A stretch of DNA of 63,354 nt, counting the filler, from Octopus bimaculoides (taxonomy: Eukaryota): NCBI RefSeq assembly GCF_001194135.2. It is 5 parts of 4 records of this genome, joined end to end, with 100 filler letters (N's around TTAATTAATTAA, not from the genome) between each part and the next. Parts side by side here need not be neighbours in the genome. Positions count along the whole stretch, not along the records: positions 51,743 to 61,627 come from NC_068994.1; positions 61,728 to 63,354 come from NC_068996.1; 3 more parts are not named here. One strand, written 5' to 3'. Made by a program: the position numbers and the translations under genes. The stretch's first letter is position 1; the number at the start of each line of letters is the position of its first letter. The notes under the pieces are model-generated. The model worked only from the letters and a program-made list of their open reading frames with translations. It had not been told where the DNA came from and ran no database searches. Positions 52,797 to 63,354 of this stretch are shown here, piece after piece.

Positions 52797-53800
52797 TATG
52801 GCAGTCGTCTTTCGTGTCTCTGAAGATGACCAGATTAGCAGCTTTACTCTTCGTGAATCTTCAGGTGACTTATTAGACCAATATTGACATAAAATCCATG
52901 GTTACAGTGGGTGCATATTATAACAGAATCAGGACCTGATAGAACTTTTGCTTTCTGCACAGCCTTCCCCACTTTAGTTACTCTGATCATTTCTGATTCT
53001 GAGTTCTGTACTTCAGAGTACACAGCAATACACCACCGTTAGTGATCTTGCGGAAGATGTTTTCAAGTGAACTATTCTAAGTTACACTTTTTAAATTTGT
53101 CTTGAGAATGTCTTTGTATCGCCTCCTTGGTCCACTGCATGACCAAGGGCCAACTGCTAGTTCACTAAGAAAATTGTAGGGAATCTGGAGTCAGGCATGC
53201 ATACTACATGTTCACTCCACTGCAGTTGCAATTTTCTTAGGAAAGCATGTAGATTCAACATATTAGCTTGTTCTCCATAGCACAAACTGGTTTGTCATTT
53301 TATCATTTCCCCTTCTATCTATCAAAGGAGACACAAGCACTTTCACACACGACGGAACTTCTATGTATCAAATTCACTCATAAAGCTTTGGTTGGCTTGA
53401 GGCTATAGAAGACACTTGCTCTTGGTGCTGTGCAGTGGGACTGAACCTGAAACCATGTGTTTGGGAAGCAAGCTTCCACTTAATGTTGAGAATTTTTCAC
53501 AGGCATGTTAGGTGAAATTGAAAGTTTTTTTTGCATGTTTTTGGTCAACTCCCCAGCTTTCGCATCCATAAAGTAATGTACTCACCACAACAGCTTTGTA
53601 TATATCAAGTTTTGTCTTTATCGTCAAACTGGTTTGTCGACTGTATTATTATAGGAATGGTATGGATTTAGGGCATCTGATTGTGTATTATTTGTTCTCA
53701 GTCACACCAAATTTACAGACTTTCAACTTATAGTAAGGAAAAAGACCCATGTTCTTTGGGTTTGTTGAAAATTTGTTTAACAGCACTGAAACAATTTTTT
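52797..53800 (-). mobile_element. RTE-clade LINE 3' portion (RT thumb to C-terminal C2H2 finger), interrupted by a SINE
   Basis: TKLDIYKAVVVSTLLYGCESW; WSEHVVCMPDSRFP..SELAVG..SGPRRRYKDILK; ICTHCNHGFYVNIGLISHLKIH*. Confidence 0.85.
53335..53480 (-). mobile_element. SINE family B head nested in the RTE
   Basis: Reverse complement ggaagcttgcttcccaaacacatggtttcaggttcagtcccactgcacagcaccaagagcaagtgtcttctatagcc. Confidence 0.8.
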
Positions 53801-53964
53801 TAGCCTTTTACTAGTTTCAGTCTTTTTACAGGCTCAAGCACTGCCTTACTTTTTGTAGATTTAGATGATCATATCAACCTCAGTACTTTGTTTGTTATTT
53901 ATTTTATCAATCAATGTTTATTTGTTGAATAGCTAAGCCTGTTTTCAGCATGATGCATTGATCT

Positions 53965-54295
53965 ATTGGCAAAAGTTGCTGAGAGGATCATAGCTCAACT
54001 AATTAGAAAGAGAGTTAGCCTAGATGAGATACAGTTTGCTTTTGTGCCAGGGAGAAGCACTAACTGATGCTATACTCCTGCTATATGCTATATGTCCAGG
54101 AGACATATTTAGCAAAAAATAAACCTCTGTACTTAACTTTTGTTGACATGGAGAAAGTCTTTGACAGGGTCTCCCACTCACTTATCTGATGGTCAGTGCA
54201 GAAACTAGGGATAGATGAATGGTTGGTGAGAGCTGTACAAGCTATGCACATGGATGCTGTCTGTAAAGTGAAAGTCAGCAATGAGTACAACCATG
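53965..54295 (+). mobile_element. RTE-clade reverse transcriptase fragment
   Basis: KVAERIIAQLIRKRVSLDEIQFAFVPGRST.DAI...QETYLAKNKPLYLTFVDMEKVFDRVSHSLI*WSVQKLGIDEWLVRAVQAM. Confidence 0.9.
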
Positions 54296-54636
54296 ACTGT
54301 GCCTGTAGCCACACCTACAAATAAATTTTTTTAGAAAGTTAAAAGTTATAGCTTGTCAGAGAGAGACCATTGATTTAACAGTATAGGCAATGGCTGAAGA
54401 CACATAACCTCTTCAGAACTGGAGGAAGAAATATGTAACAGTCAGTTGGTTTTGTAAGCAAAAAATAACTGTTCATGCTGTGGATGGAGTCATCTGTATT
54501 GCTAAGTGCTTTATATGTGCAAAACCACCGGTCACTCTATGACTGACCATAACTTTTAACTTCCTAAAAAATTTATTACTGCTTTAATGCTTTGGTGTGT
54601 GTTTCTTTTTCGAATTTATGAACTACTGATGATATA

Positions 54637-54687
<51 letters not shown>

Positions 54688-55882
54688 NNNNNNNNNNNNN
54701 NNNNNNNNNNNNNNNNNNNNNNNNNNNNNNNNNNNNNNNNNNNNNNNNNNNNNNNNNNNNNNNNNNNNNNNNNNNNNNNNNNNNNNNNNNNNNNNNNNNN
54801 NNNNNNNNNNNNNNNNNNNNNNNNNNNNNNNNNNNNNNNNNNNNNNNNNNNNNNNNNNNNNNNNNNNNNNNNNNNNNNNNNNNNNNNNNNNNNNNNNNNN
54901 NNNNNNNNNNNNNNNNNNNNNNNNNNNNNNNNNNNNNNNNNNNNNNNNNNNNNNNNNNNNNNNNNNNNNNNNNNNNNNNNNNNNNNNNNNNNNNNNNNNN
55001 NNNNNNNNNNNNNNNNNNNNNNNNNNNNNNNNNNNNNNNNNNNNNNNNNNNNNNNNNNNNNNNNNNNNNNNNNNNNNNNNNNNNNNNNNNNNNNNNNNNN
55101 NNNNNNNNNNNNNNNNNNNNNNNNNNNNNNNNNNNNNNNNNNNNNNNNNNNNNNNNNNNNNNNNNNNNNNNNNNNNNNNNNNNNNNNNNNNNNNNNNNNN
55201 NNNNNNNNNNNNNNNNNNNNNNNNNNNNNNNNNNNNNNNNNNNNNNNNNNNNNNNNNNNNNTATATATATATATACATATATATATATATGTGTGTGTGT
55301 ATATATATTCTTTTTCTGCTTTTTCATCTTGGAAATGATGCAGTTTAAAAAATTTTTTCTTGTATTTTTAACAGGATGTGGCCAACCCTCACACTGAAAC
55401 AACCAAGCCAGCCAGCCAGCTCAGCCAGCCAGCCTGTAGCCCTGTGTTATGTAAACTGTTTGATGACTGTAGCCAATCTAGCTACACACTCACTTTGGTC
55501 ACTGCTTACTGACTTGCCAGTTTATTCAGCTGGTACCTTCTTCCTCCTCTCAAAATAACGGTCATAGTTCTTGCTCTGGACAACAGTGTGAACTTCACAA
55601 GTAAACAAAAACAGCAACAACAACAACAGCAACAAATCTCAGTAACAACTACAGCAACCAACCAATTCTTCTCCAGTAGTATGTGCTCTCATCAATGACT
55701 GCTAGTTCTACTATGTGGAGTTTATTTTAACCAGGATTCCATTCAGTCTTTAAAACGAAACAAAGAGGAGGCGGATTCTGTTCTACATTGCAGCATGGTT
55801 TCACTGCTGGGGATTTTTTTTATTTTCATATTCTTTTTAAACATTTTTTTTTTTACACCACCCATTCAGTCCCATTTAAGAG

Positions 55883-55914
<32 letters not shown>

Positions 55915-56596
55915 NNNNNNNNNNNNNNNNNNNNNNNNNNNNNNNNNNNNNNNNNNNNNNNNNNNNNNNNNNNNNNNNNNNNNNNNNNNNNNNNNNNNNN
56001 NNNNNNNNNNNNNNNNNNNNNNNNNNNNNNNNNNNNNNNNNNNNNNNNNNNNNNNNNNNNNNNNNNNNNNNNNNNNNNNNNNNNNNNNNNNNNNNNNNNN
56101 NNNNNNNNNNNNNNNNNNNNNNNNNNNNNNNNNNNNNNNNNNNNNNNNNNNNNNNNNNNNNNNNNNNNNNNNNNNNNNNNNNNNNNNNNNNNNNNNNNNN
56201 NNNNNNNNNNNNNNNNNNNNNNNNNNNNNNNNNNNNNNNNNNNNNNNNNNNNNNNNNNNNNNNNNNNNNNNNNNNNNNNNNNNNNNNNNNNTTAATCCGT
56301 GAAGTAGGGAGTGACTATTTTTGTTAAGGTACTAGTCGAAAAGACTGAACCAAACAGCGTCAGCTACCTTCCCCAGGAGCACAAGAAAATGACAGTAGTA
56401 GGATTTGAACTCATGACTATGTGGTAAATAATCCGATTAAATTAATGTCACTATTTTTAATCTGTGGTAAAATAAAAGTTTGCGATAGCACCATGAATCT
56501 CGTGAAAGCTGTTAAAGGATATTATTTTTAAGTAATAAAAGAGAATGGGTGTGTCTGTGTATACATATATATATATATAGAGATATATATCAATTA

Positions 56597-56955
56597 TCAT
56601 CATCATCATCATCATCATCATTGTTTAATGTCCGCCTTCCATGCTGGCATGGATGAGACGGTTCCACAAGAGCCAGCTAGGTCGAAACCTGCACCAGACT
56701 TCTGTGACTGTTTTGGCAGGATTTTTACAGCTGGATGCCCTTCCTAACACCAACAACTCAGTAGAGTGGACTTGGTGCTTTTTTTCATGGCACAAGCACA
56801 GGCGAGGTGAGTAGTGCTTTTTAAATGGCACAAACACAGACGAGGTCAGTTTCGGCAAGGTTTTTACAGCTGCATACCCTACAGAACACCAACCACTTTA
56901 CAGTGTGGACTGGGTGCTTTTAAGTGGCACCTGCACTGAGAAGATCACCAAACAC
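56597..56955 (-). mobile_element. RTE-type 3' tail / SINE with an internal ~140-bp duplication and (GAT)n end
   Basis: Reverse complement ...gttaggaagggcatccagctgtaaaaatcc...gcatggaaggcggacattaaacaatgatgat; the block at 56712-56782 recurs at 56851-56920. Confidence 0.7.
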
Positions 56956-57098
56956 CTGCAAGAAAATGAGATGACAAAGGAATAAACAATTATCTTATGA
57001 ACTTCATTAGCTTAGAGGTGTGTATATATATATATGATATATATATGGATGTGTATATATATAATACATATATGTATATATAATATATGTACGCACAG

Positions 57099-57290
57099 AA
57101 GTGGATGTGTGGTAAGTAGCTTGCTTACCAACCAGGAGCGCTGTGTGGTAAGTAGCTTGCTTATGAACCACATGGTCCTGGGTTCAATCCCACTGCATGG
57201 CACCTTGGGCAAGAGTCTTCTACTATAGCCTCGGGCCGACCAAAACCTTGTGAGTGGATTTGGTAGATGGAAACTGAAAGAAGCCCATCA

Positions 57291-57369
<79 letters not shown>

Positions 57370-57672
57370 ATGCATGTGTGTTGAAATCTTGAAGCTTCAA
57401 GATAATGCACAATTTATACAAAATAATGTGAATGTGAAAGAAGCCCATCGTATATGTATATACATATATATATGTGTGTGTGTGTGTTTGTCCTCCCAAC
57501 ATCCGATGCTGGTGTGTTTACGTCTCTATCACTTAGTGGTTCAGAAAAAGCGACTGATAGAATAAGTACTAGGCTTACAAAGAATAAGCTCTGGGGTCGA
57601 TTTGCTCGACTAAAGGTGGTGCTCCAGCATGACCGCAGTCAAATGACTGAAACAAGTAAAAGAATAAAAGAA
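57099..57672 (+). mobile_element. Full-length SINE family B with duplicated head and two internal microsatellites
   Basis: tgtgtggtaagtagcttgctta occurs twice in tandem; intact ggttcaatcccactgcatggcaccttgggcaag; tail to ...aaatgactgaaacaagtaaaagaataaaag. Confidence 0.92.
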
Positions 57673-57931
57673 AAATATATATATATATGTATGTATATAT
57701 AATATATATTTATGTATATATAATATGTATGTATGTATATATAATATATATGTATATATATTTATGTATATATAATATATATGTATATATAATTATATAT
57801 ATATATGTTTATATAATATATATATATGTATATATAATTATATATATATGATATATATATATATATATATAGATAGATAGATAGATATATGTATAATATA
57901 TATATATATGATATATATATATATATATATA

Positions 57932-57976
<45 letters not shown>

Positions 57977-57985
57977 ATATATATA

Positions 57986-59763
57986 TCTATAAATCGTGTT
58001 CTCTGTGTGTGTGTGTGTGTGTAAAAGGTTTTAATGGCTGCATTTTTTCAAATGATTTTCTCCAAACTTGGAACATACATTACTGATGTTCCGGGGATGG
58101 TTTTATACTCTTAACATTTTTCACATAATGAGTAATGCACCACCTGAGAGCAGAAAATACCTGTTCCTGGGTTATGTTGAGAAGGGAGGTAACTCTTTGT
58201 AAAGTAACTTTCAGAAATTCATTGTCTCCTTTACATCCATTGGTGAAAAAATTATCACAATCTCATCTAATATATAAAATAGAGACGTGTGTGTATTTGC
58301 TTTTCACACTAAAACAGCTTCACCAATTGCTTCCATGCTTGTGATGTGCGAATAATTCGACCTTGGACACATGTTAGGCTCTTCATTTGATTTTTTTATA
58401 AAAATAAAAGATATTGCTTTTTATATTAGATTCACATCTTTGAAAACTTTCAAAAATATTTACTTCCAGTTTTCTAGCATCAGTGACATCTATATCTCTG
58501 TATCTATATCTGTCTATCCATCTCTCACTATCTATATCTCTCTATCCATCTCTATCTCCATACCTATATCTATCTTATTTGTCTAATATATAGAATAGAG
58601 ACGTGTGTGTATTTACTTTTCACACTAAAACAGCTTCACCAATTGCTTCCATGCTTGTGATGTGTGAATAATTTGACCTTGGACACATGTTAGGCTCTTC
58701 ATTTGATTTTTTTATAAAAATAAAAAATATTGCTTTTTATATTAGATTCACATCTTTGAAAACTTTCAACAATATTTACTTCCAGTTTTCTAGCATCAGT
58801 GACATCTATATCTCTCTATCCATCTCTCTCTGTTTATTTATCTCTCACTATCTATATCTCTCTATCCATCTTTATCTCTATACCTATATCAATCTTATTT
58901 GTCTAACTAGCTAGCTCTCTCTCTCTCTCTCTCCCCCTCTCTCTATATTTCACTCACCCTCTATTGATTTCACTTTCATTTTTCAAACACTATTGTTTTC
59001 GCTTTGTCAATTGCTATTGTTTTCACTGTAAGTTTTCAATTGCTATTTACAAACAACAAATTACTGACAGAAAGAAGTTCATAAATTTCACTTCAATTTC
59101 ACTTTATAAATTTCACTTCATTAAATTTGCCTACAAATTTCTTATTTACCTTTGCAAACTTTTGTATTTTTTGTTGGTTTTTTTTTTTTGTTGTTGACAA
59201 TTACTGATAAAAGTAAGTTCGTAATTTACTGACAGAAGTAACTTCAAAAATTTCACTTAAATCTGTACAATTTTTAATTGTGATAATGAAACAAGAGGTT
59301 CAGTCCTTCTCGCCAAAGTTCATTTCTCTTGAGAAATATAAAGGTGACAATGCCTTCATTCCACGGATCCCATTAATCCCATCTGACATCCCCTATCAAT
59401 TTAAATGGCTCCAGTTCCCAGTGAAACTAACATCTGCTATGTCCATAAACAAAGCTCAAGCACAATCTCTCAACATTGTTGGAATTAACCTTGCTTCTCT
59501 CATGGGCAATTATCTGTAGGATGATCACGAATAGGAAGTTCCAAAACTCTTTTCCTTTGTAAACCAATTAAAGGACATACTGAAAACATTATATACTCAG
59601 AAGTTCTACAAAATTAAGTTGTGATTGATTTCAAGATTTCTTTTAATAACTTTGTTTATAATCATACCATCTGATAGAATTTTTCTGAAAATATGTTTTT
59701 TATCAAGAGAAATATATATTTTTTTTTCTTCAACATTCTAAACTTCTGAACAACACTGGGTAA
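57986..59763 (+). mobile_element. Non-autonomous Helitron derivative with PIF1-helicase C-terminal remnant
   Basis: 59280-59617 encodes AFIPRIPLIPSDIPYQFKWLQFPVKLTSAMSINKAQAQSLNIVGINL...GQLSVG*SRIG...TENIIYSEVL, the Helitron helicase end. TC-starting 5' end with (GT)n; decayed 3' hairpin ctgaacaacactggg. Boundaries are inferred. Confidence 0.75.
58266..58901 (+). repeat. Two tandem ~316-320-bp units, each starting tctaatatata(a/g)aatagagacg
   Basis: Units at 58266 and 58582 are highly similar (see the twin ORFs 58371 and 58687). Confidence 0.92.
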
Positions 59764-59810
59764 TATATATATATATGTGTGTGTATATATATATATATAT
59801 ATATACATAT

Positions 59811-60519
59811 ATCGTCCTCAGCCGCCTGGATTACTGCTCACAGCTGTGGTCACCCACCAGTGTGAAATTAACAGCAGACCTTGAAGCAATCCAAAGAAGA
59901 TTCACAAAGAAGATTGTCTCTTTGCAACTGCTCAGCTACTGGGAAAGGCTGAAACAGCTAAGACTCTACTCCCTGGAGAGAAGGCGGGAGAGGTATGCAG
60001 TAATATACATCTGGAAGATCCTGGAAGGAATTGTGCCAAATTTTGGCATTGAAAGCTACACCAATGCCAGAACGGNNNNNNNNNNNNNNNNNNNNNNNNN
60101 NNNNNNNNNNNNNNNNNNNNNNNNNNNNNNNNNNNNNNNNNNNNNNNNNNNNNNNNNNNNNNNNNNNNNNNNNNNNNNNNNNNNNNNNNNNNNNNNNNNN
60201 NNNNNNNNNNNNNNNNNNNNNNNNNNNNNNNNNNNNNNNNNNNNNNNNNNNNNNNNNNNNNNNNNNNNNNNNNNNNNNNNNNNNNNNNNNNNNNNNNNNN
60301 NNNNNNNNNNNNNNNNNNNNNNNNNNNNNNNNNNNNNNNNNNNNNNNNNNNNNNNNNNNNNNNNNNNNNNNNNNNNNNNNNNNNNNNNNNNNNNNNNNNN
60401 NNNNNNNNNNNNNNNNNNNNNNNNNNNNNNNNNNNNNNNNNNNNNNNNNNNNNNNNNAGTGTAGCAACACGGCAGTGCATCAGCATGGCCGCAGCTGTAA
60501 GCTGAAACTATAAAAAAAA
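59811..60519 (+). mobile_element. CR1/L2-group LINE 3' end spanning a gap
   Basis: VLSRLDYCSQLWSP......LEAIQRRFTKKI.....LSYWERLKQLRLYSLERRRERYAVIYIWKILEG; after the gap, gcatggccgcagctgtaagctgaaac followed by poly(A). Confidence 0.85.
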
Positions 60520-61727
60520 TATATATATATATATATTTATATATAGCAATAAGAAAATGGAGGGGAATATGTGGTACTCATCAACTTGCAGACACTGTAC
60601 TATGTTAATTAACTTGTTTATTTTTCAACCAAAAGGACAATAAAGACAATATACAAACATATGTGACACACTATGTCATATCAGCAATTAAAAATTAAAA
60701 ATTCAAGTGACCGAAGAAGGGACAAATTCTTACAGCTGTTTCAGCCTAGAGGTGGCCTGCCCCATTCTATCTATATAACTCTATATCTAAATACATACAT
60801 TTACAAGTGTATGATATACCCATAAATGATTGCAAATATATAGGTACATACATACCCACATATATATATATATATATATATAAACACATGGGCACACCCA
60901 TAGACATATATACATATATGTACATATACACATATACATATACACACATATATATATATATATATACCCTCACATACACACATATATATACACATCTATA
61001 CACCCACCTATAAGTACGTCTATATATGCACACACACATATATATATATACAAACAAATACAGGGGTAGTATTTATAGTAATTATAATAATGACAATAAC
61101 ACCACGTTTTACTATAAATACTAGGGTGAGGTGAAATAATCATCAAACAAATAATCATCCAAAAGTATAGCTCATTTTCTTGGTTAGGCTTTTCTTATTT
61201 GTCTCCACAAATAAGATGATTTCAAGCAAGCTATTAACTCACCTGCTTTAGTGCCTCTCGGAATTACACACAAAGTCTCTCCCTCTCTCTCTCTCTCATA
61301 TATATACATATATATACATATACATATATATATATATATATACATATATATACACACACACACATATATATGATGCACTCGTATATCTGTCAATAGAGGC
61401 GGTATGTATATATATATATATATATACGTCGAGATGGTATAATTTCCTGGGAGAGAGATAATTTTTGCGGCTGAAGATAGCTTTACATTGTAGATTATAC
61501 ACATATTATATTATGTTATATTATATTATGTTATATTATATTATACACATGTAGAGCTTGAAACACGTGTACCGCGGAATCCTTTCTAGTTTTGTTGTTA
61601 TTTTTTTCTTTTGGATTTACAATTTATNNNNNNNNNNNNNNNNNNNNNNNNNNNNNNNNNNNNNNNNNNNNTTAATTAATTAANNNNNNNNNNNNNNNNN
61701 NNNNNNNNNNNNNNNNNNNNNNNNNNN

Positions 61728-62028
61728 CATCCACCTGTTCTCCCCCCCATCTAATAGTTCCTAGTTTGACGAAGGCAGCCTAATCGCTCTCCGTATACGC
61801 TTCTCTCAACCTCCGTTCGATGTTCTCCGCATTTAACCTCTCTTCCTCGTCCATTTCTAAATACAGGGTCAGGGCGCTCCCTTCCAAGTATAGTGCCATG
61901 AGACTCGCCACATCACTTAGTCCTTGTAGCTTGGCAACGAGCCTAATTTTTCGCATCCAAGCCATCACATCTCCTTCGCCATTAAAAGGCCTGATCACAT
62001 CGCTGGCGATTCTAATCTTGGCTGCCAT
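61728..62028 (-). pseudogene. gag: Gypsy-like gag N-terminus (disrupted, truncated by scaffold join)
   Basis: MAAKIRIASDVIRPFNGEGDVMAWMRKIRLVAKLQGLSDVASLMALYLEGSALTLYLEMDEEERLNAENIERRLREAY has the PFxG..DV.AW..K..L / LYLEG.AL..Y pattern of Ty3/Gypsy capsid; stop or frameshift near 61780. Confidence 0.8.
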
Positions 62029-62047
62029 CACGGCGAATTTCTACACG

Positions 62048-62063
62048 TGGTGCTGAAATAGCT
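62048..62063 (-). promoter_or_regulatory. Putative non-canonical primer-binding site AGCTATTTCAGC-ACCA
   Basis: Immediately follows the LTR terminal CA; 11/12 complementary to the conserved metazoan tRNA-Phe 5' end GCCGAAATAGCT. Confidence 0.6.
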
Positions 62064-62404
62064 TGTGGTGTATGCGTGTGAGTAGATGTAAATGCTTACC
62101 TCGGTTTTCCTTTCGTCAACTGCGAGTCTGTCTTGCGGTATCCAATCCTTGAAGCTTGCCCCGACCCAAAGAACACTAGGAATAGCAGCTGCTTCTCCCA
62201 AACCTAGACCGTCGCTTAACACGTCTTGTCCTGACCACGACCCTGTTCGAAAAAGGCACGAATCCCGATCGAGGCTTTTTCCTCTGCCCTTTTTCCTCTT
62301 CCGGTCAACTCGCCCTTCCGGTCAACTCACCCTTCCGGTCAACTTGCGCTTCCGGTCAACGCGCCCTTCTGGTCAGCCTCCCCAGACACTGACGTCATAC
62401 CACA
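62064..62404 (-). mobile_element. 5' LTR (341 bp) of the Gypsy-like element
   Basis: On the gag strand it starts TGTGGT and ends ACCACA (perfect 6-bp terminal inverted repeat, TG...CA), 35 nt upstream of the gag ATG. Confidence 0.8.
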
Positions 62405-63235
62405 AAATAAACCTGGAGAAAGCTTTTGATAGTCTCTCACTCTGTTATCTGGTGGTTTGTAAAGAAATTAGGTGTAGCTGAATTGTTTGTTAGAGCTGTA
62501 AAAGCCATGAATAGGGATGCTGTCAGGTAGATGAATGTTGGTCATATGTACAGTGATGAATTAAGTGTAGAAGTAAGAGTTCACCAGGGATCAGTTCTTA
62601 GTCCCTTCTTATTCATCATAGTCCTCCAGGCCATAACAGAAGAATTTAAGACTGGATGCTTGTAGGAACTATTTACTATATGCTGATGACCTTGCTCTTA
62701 TTGAAGAATCTGTAGCAGAACAGGAAAAGAAATTTTAGGTATAGAAGCAAAACCTGGAATCAGAGGGTCTTAAAGTTAACCTAGCAAAGACTTAAAGTTG
62801 TGAATAAGACTGTCTACCCATCAGATAAAAGGCCCTGCTCAAAATGCAATGAAGACATTGGAAAGAATTTCATTTGATAAGAAGTGCAGTAGAATCACAG
62901 CTCAGTTAACAGAGAAAGTAGTCTTTGTATGTGGCAGATGTGTATGAACAATAAGCACAGGAATTAGATTTTCTCAAAAGCCCAGGAGGCTTCTTAGCTG
63001 TAAATAGTTTCTGTTATGGAAGAGGGTGTTTTGAAAGTATGATTGCTAGAATCAGTATAGGACAGAGAAAGACCAGAGAGCTTAATAACTCTGTTGGCAA
63101 CAAAAGGGCTCTATTTCAGATTGAAAAGCAGATGGTATGATGCTTGTGTACAAATGGCTGTGCTCCATGGTTATGAGACTTGGGGTCTGAATGCAGAAGA
63201 CATGTCAAGACTGACAAGGAATGTGAAACTCTGAG
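62405..63235 (+). mobile_element. RTE-clade reverse transcriptase fragment (decayed)
   Basis: LEKAFD...VHQGSVLSPFLFIIVLQAITEEFKTGC..YADDLALI...GLKVNLAKT. Confidence 0.9.
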
Positions 63236-63279
63236 TAATAGTTTTTGTGATGTCTTTGCAGCTTTATTAATAATGTATG

Positions 63280-63354
<75 letters not shown>

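Noticed and set aside
62038-62058. Plus-strand ctaCA-cg-TGGTGCTGAAA read as a normal tRNA-Phe PBS
   Set aside because: It would put the element on the strand opposite gag and make gag part of an LTR; the match stops after 11 nt, whereas the 5'-end match extends to the TG...CA boundary. Kept only as the alternative to test.

Overview
AT-rich, microsatellite-saturated animal genomic DNA from a draft assembly (roughly 7 kb of N gaps, four of them artificial 100-bp joins containing a TTAATTAATTAA spacer). The repeat families look like those of a coleoid cephalopod, most likely Octopus (inference from family resemblance; no database search was possible). Nearly every long ORF in the supplied track is a microsatellite or N artefact, and I recognise no intact host gene. 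The window is mostly transposon remnants: at least three tRNA-derived SINE families, RTE, CR1/L2-like and R4/Dong-like LINE pieces, Penelope-like fragments (RT, GIY-YIG, and an inverted terminal-repeat pair carrying two hammerhead-ribozyme motifs), hAT and piggyBac-type MITEs, a mariner fragment, a Helitron derivative, and the 5' end of a Gypsy-like LTR element. A few splice-site-bounded blocks on the minus strand may be exons of an unidentified gene. The most unusual signal: the Gypsy-like element has no canonical TGG primer-binding site. Instead, the 12 nt directly after its LTR are complementary to the 5' END of tRNA-Phe and run into a copy of the tRNA's ACCA end, suggesting an unconventional priming mechanism. 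Coordinates were counted by eye and may be off by a few bases.
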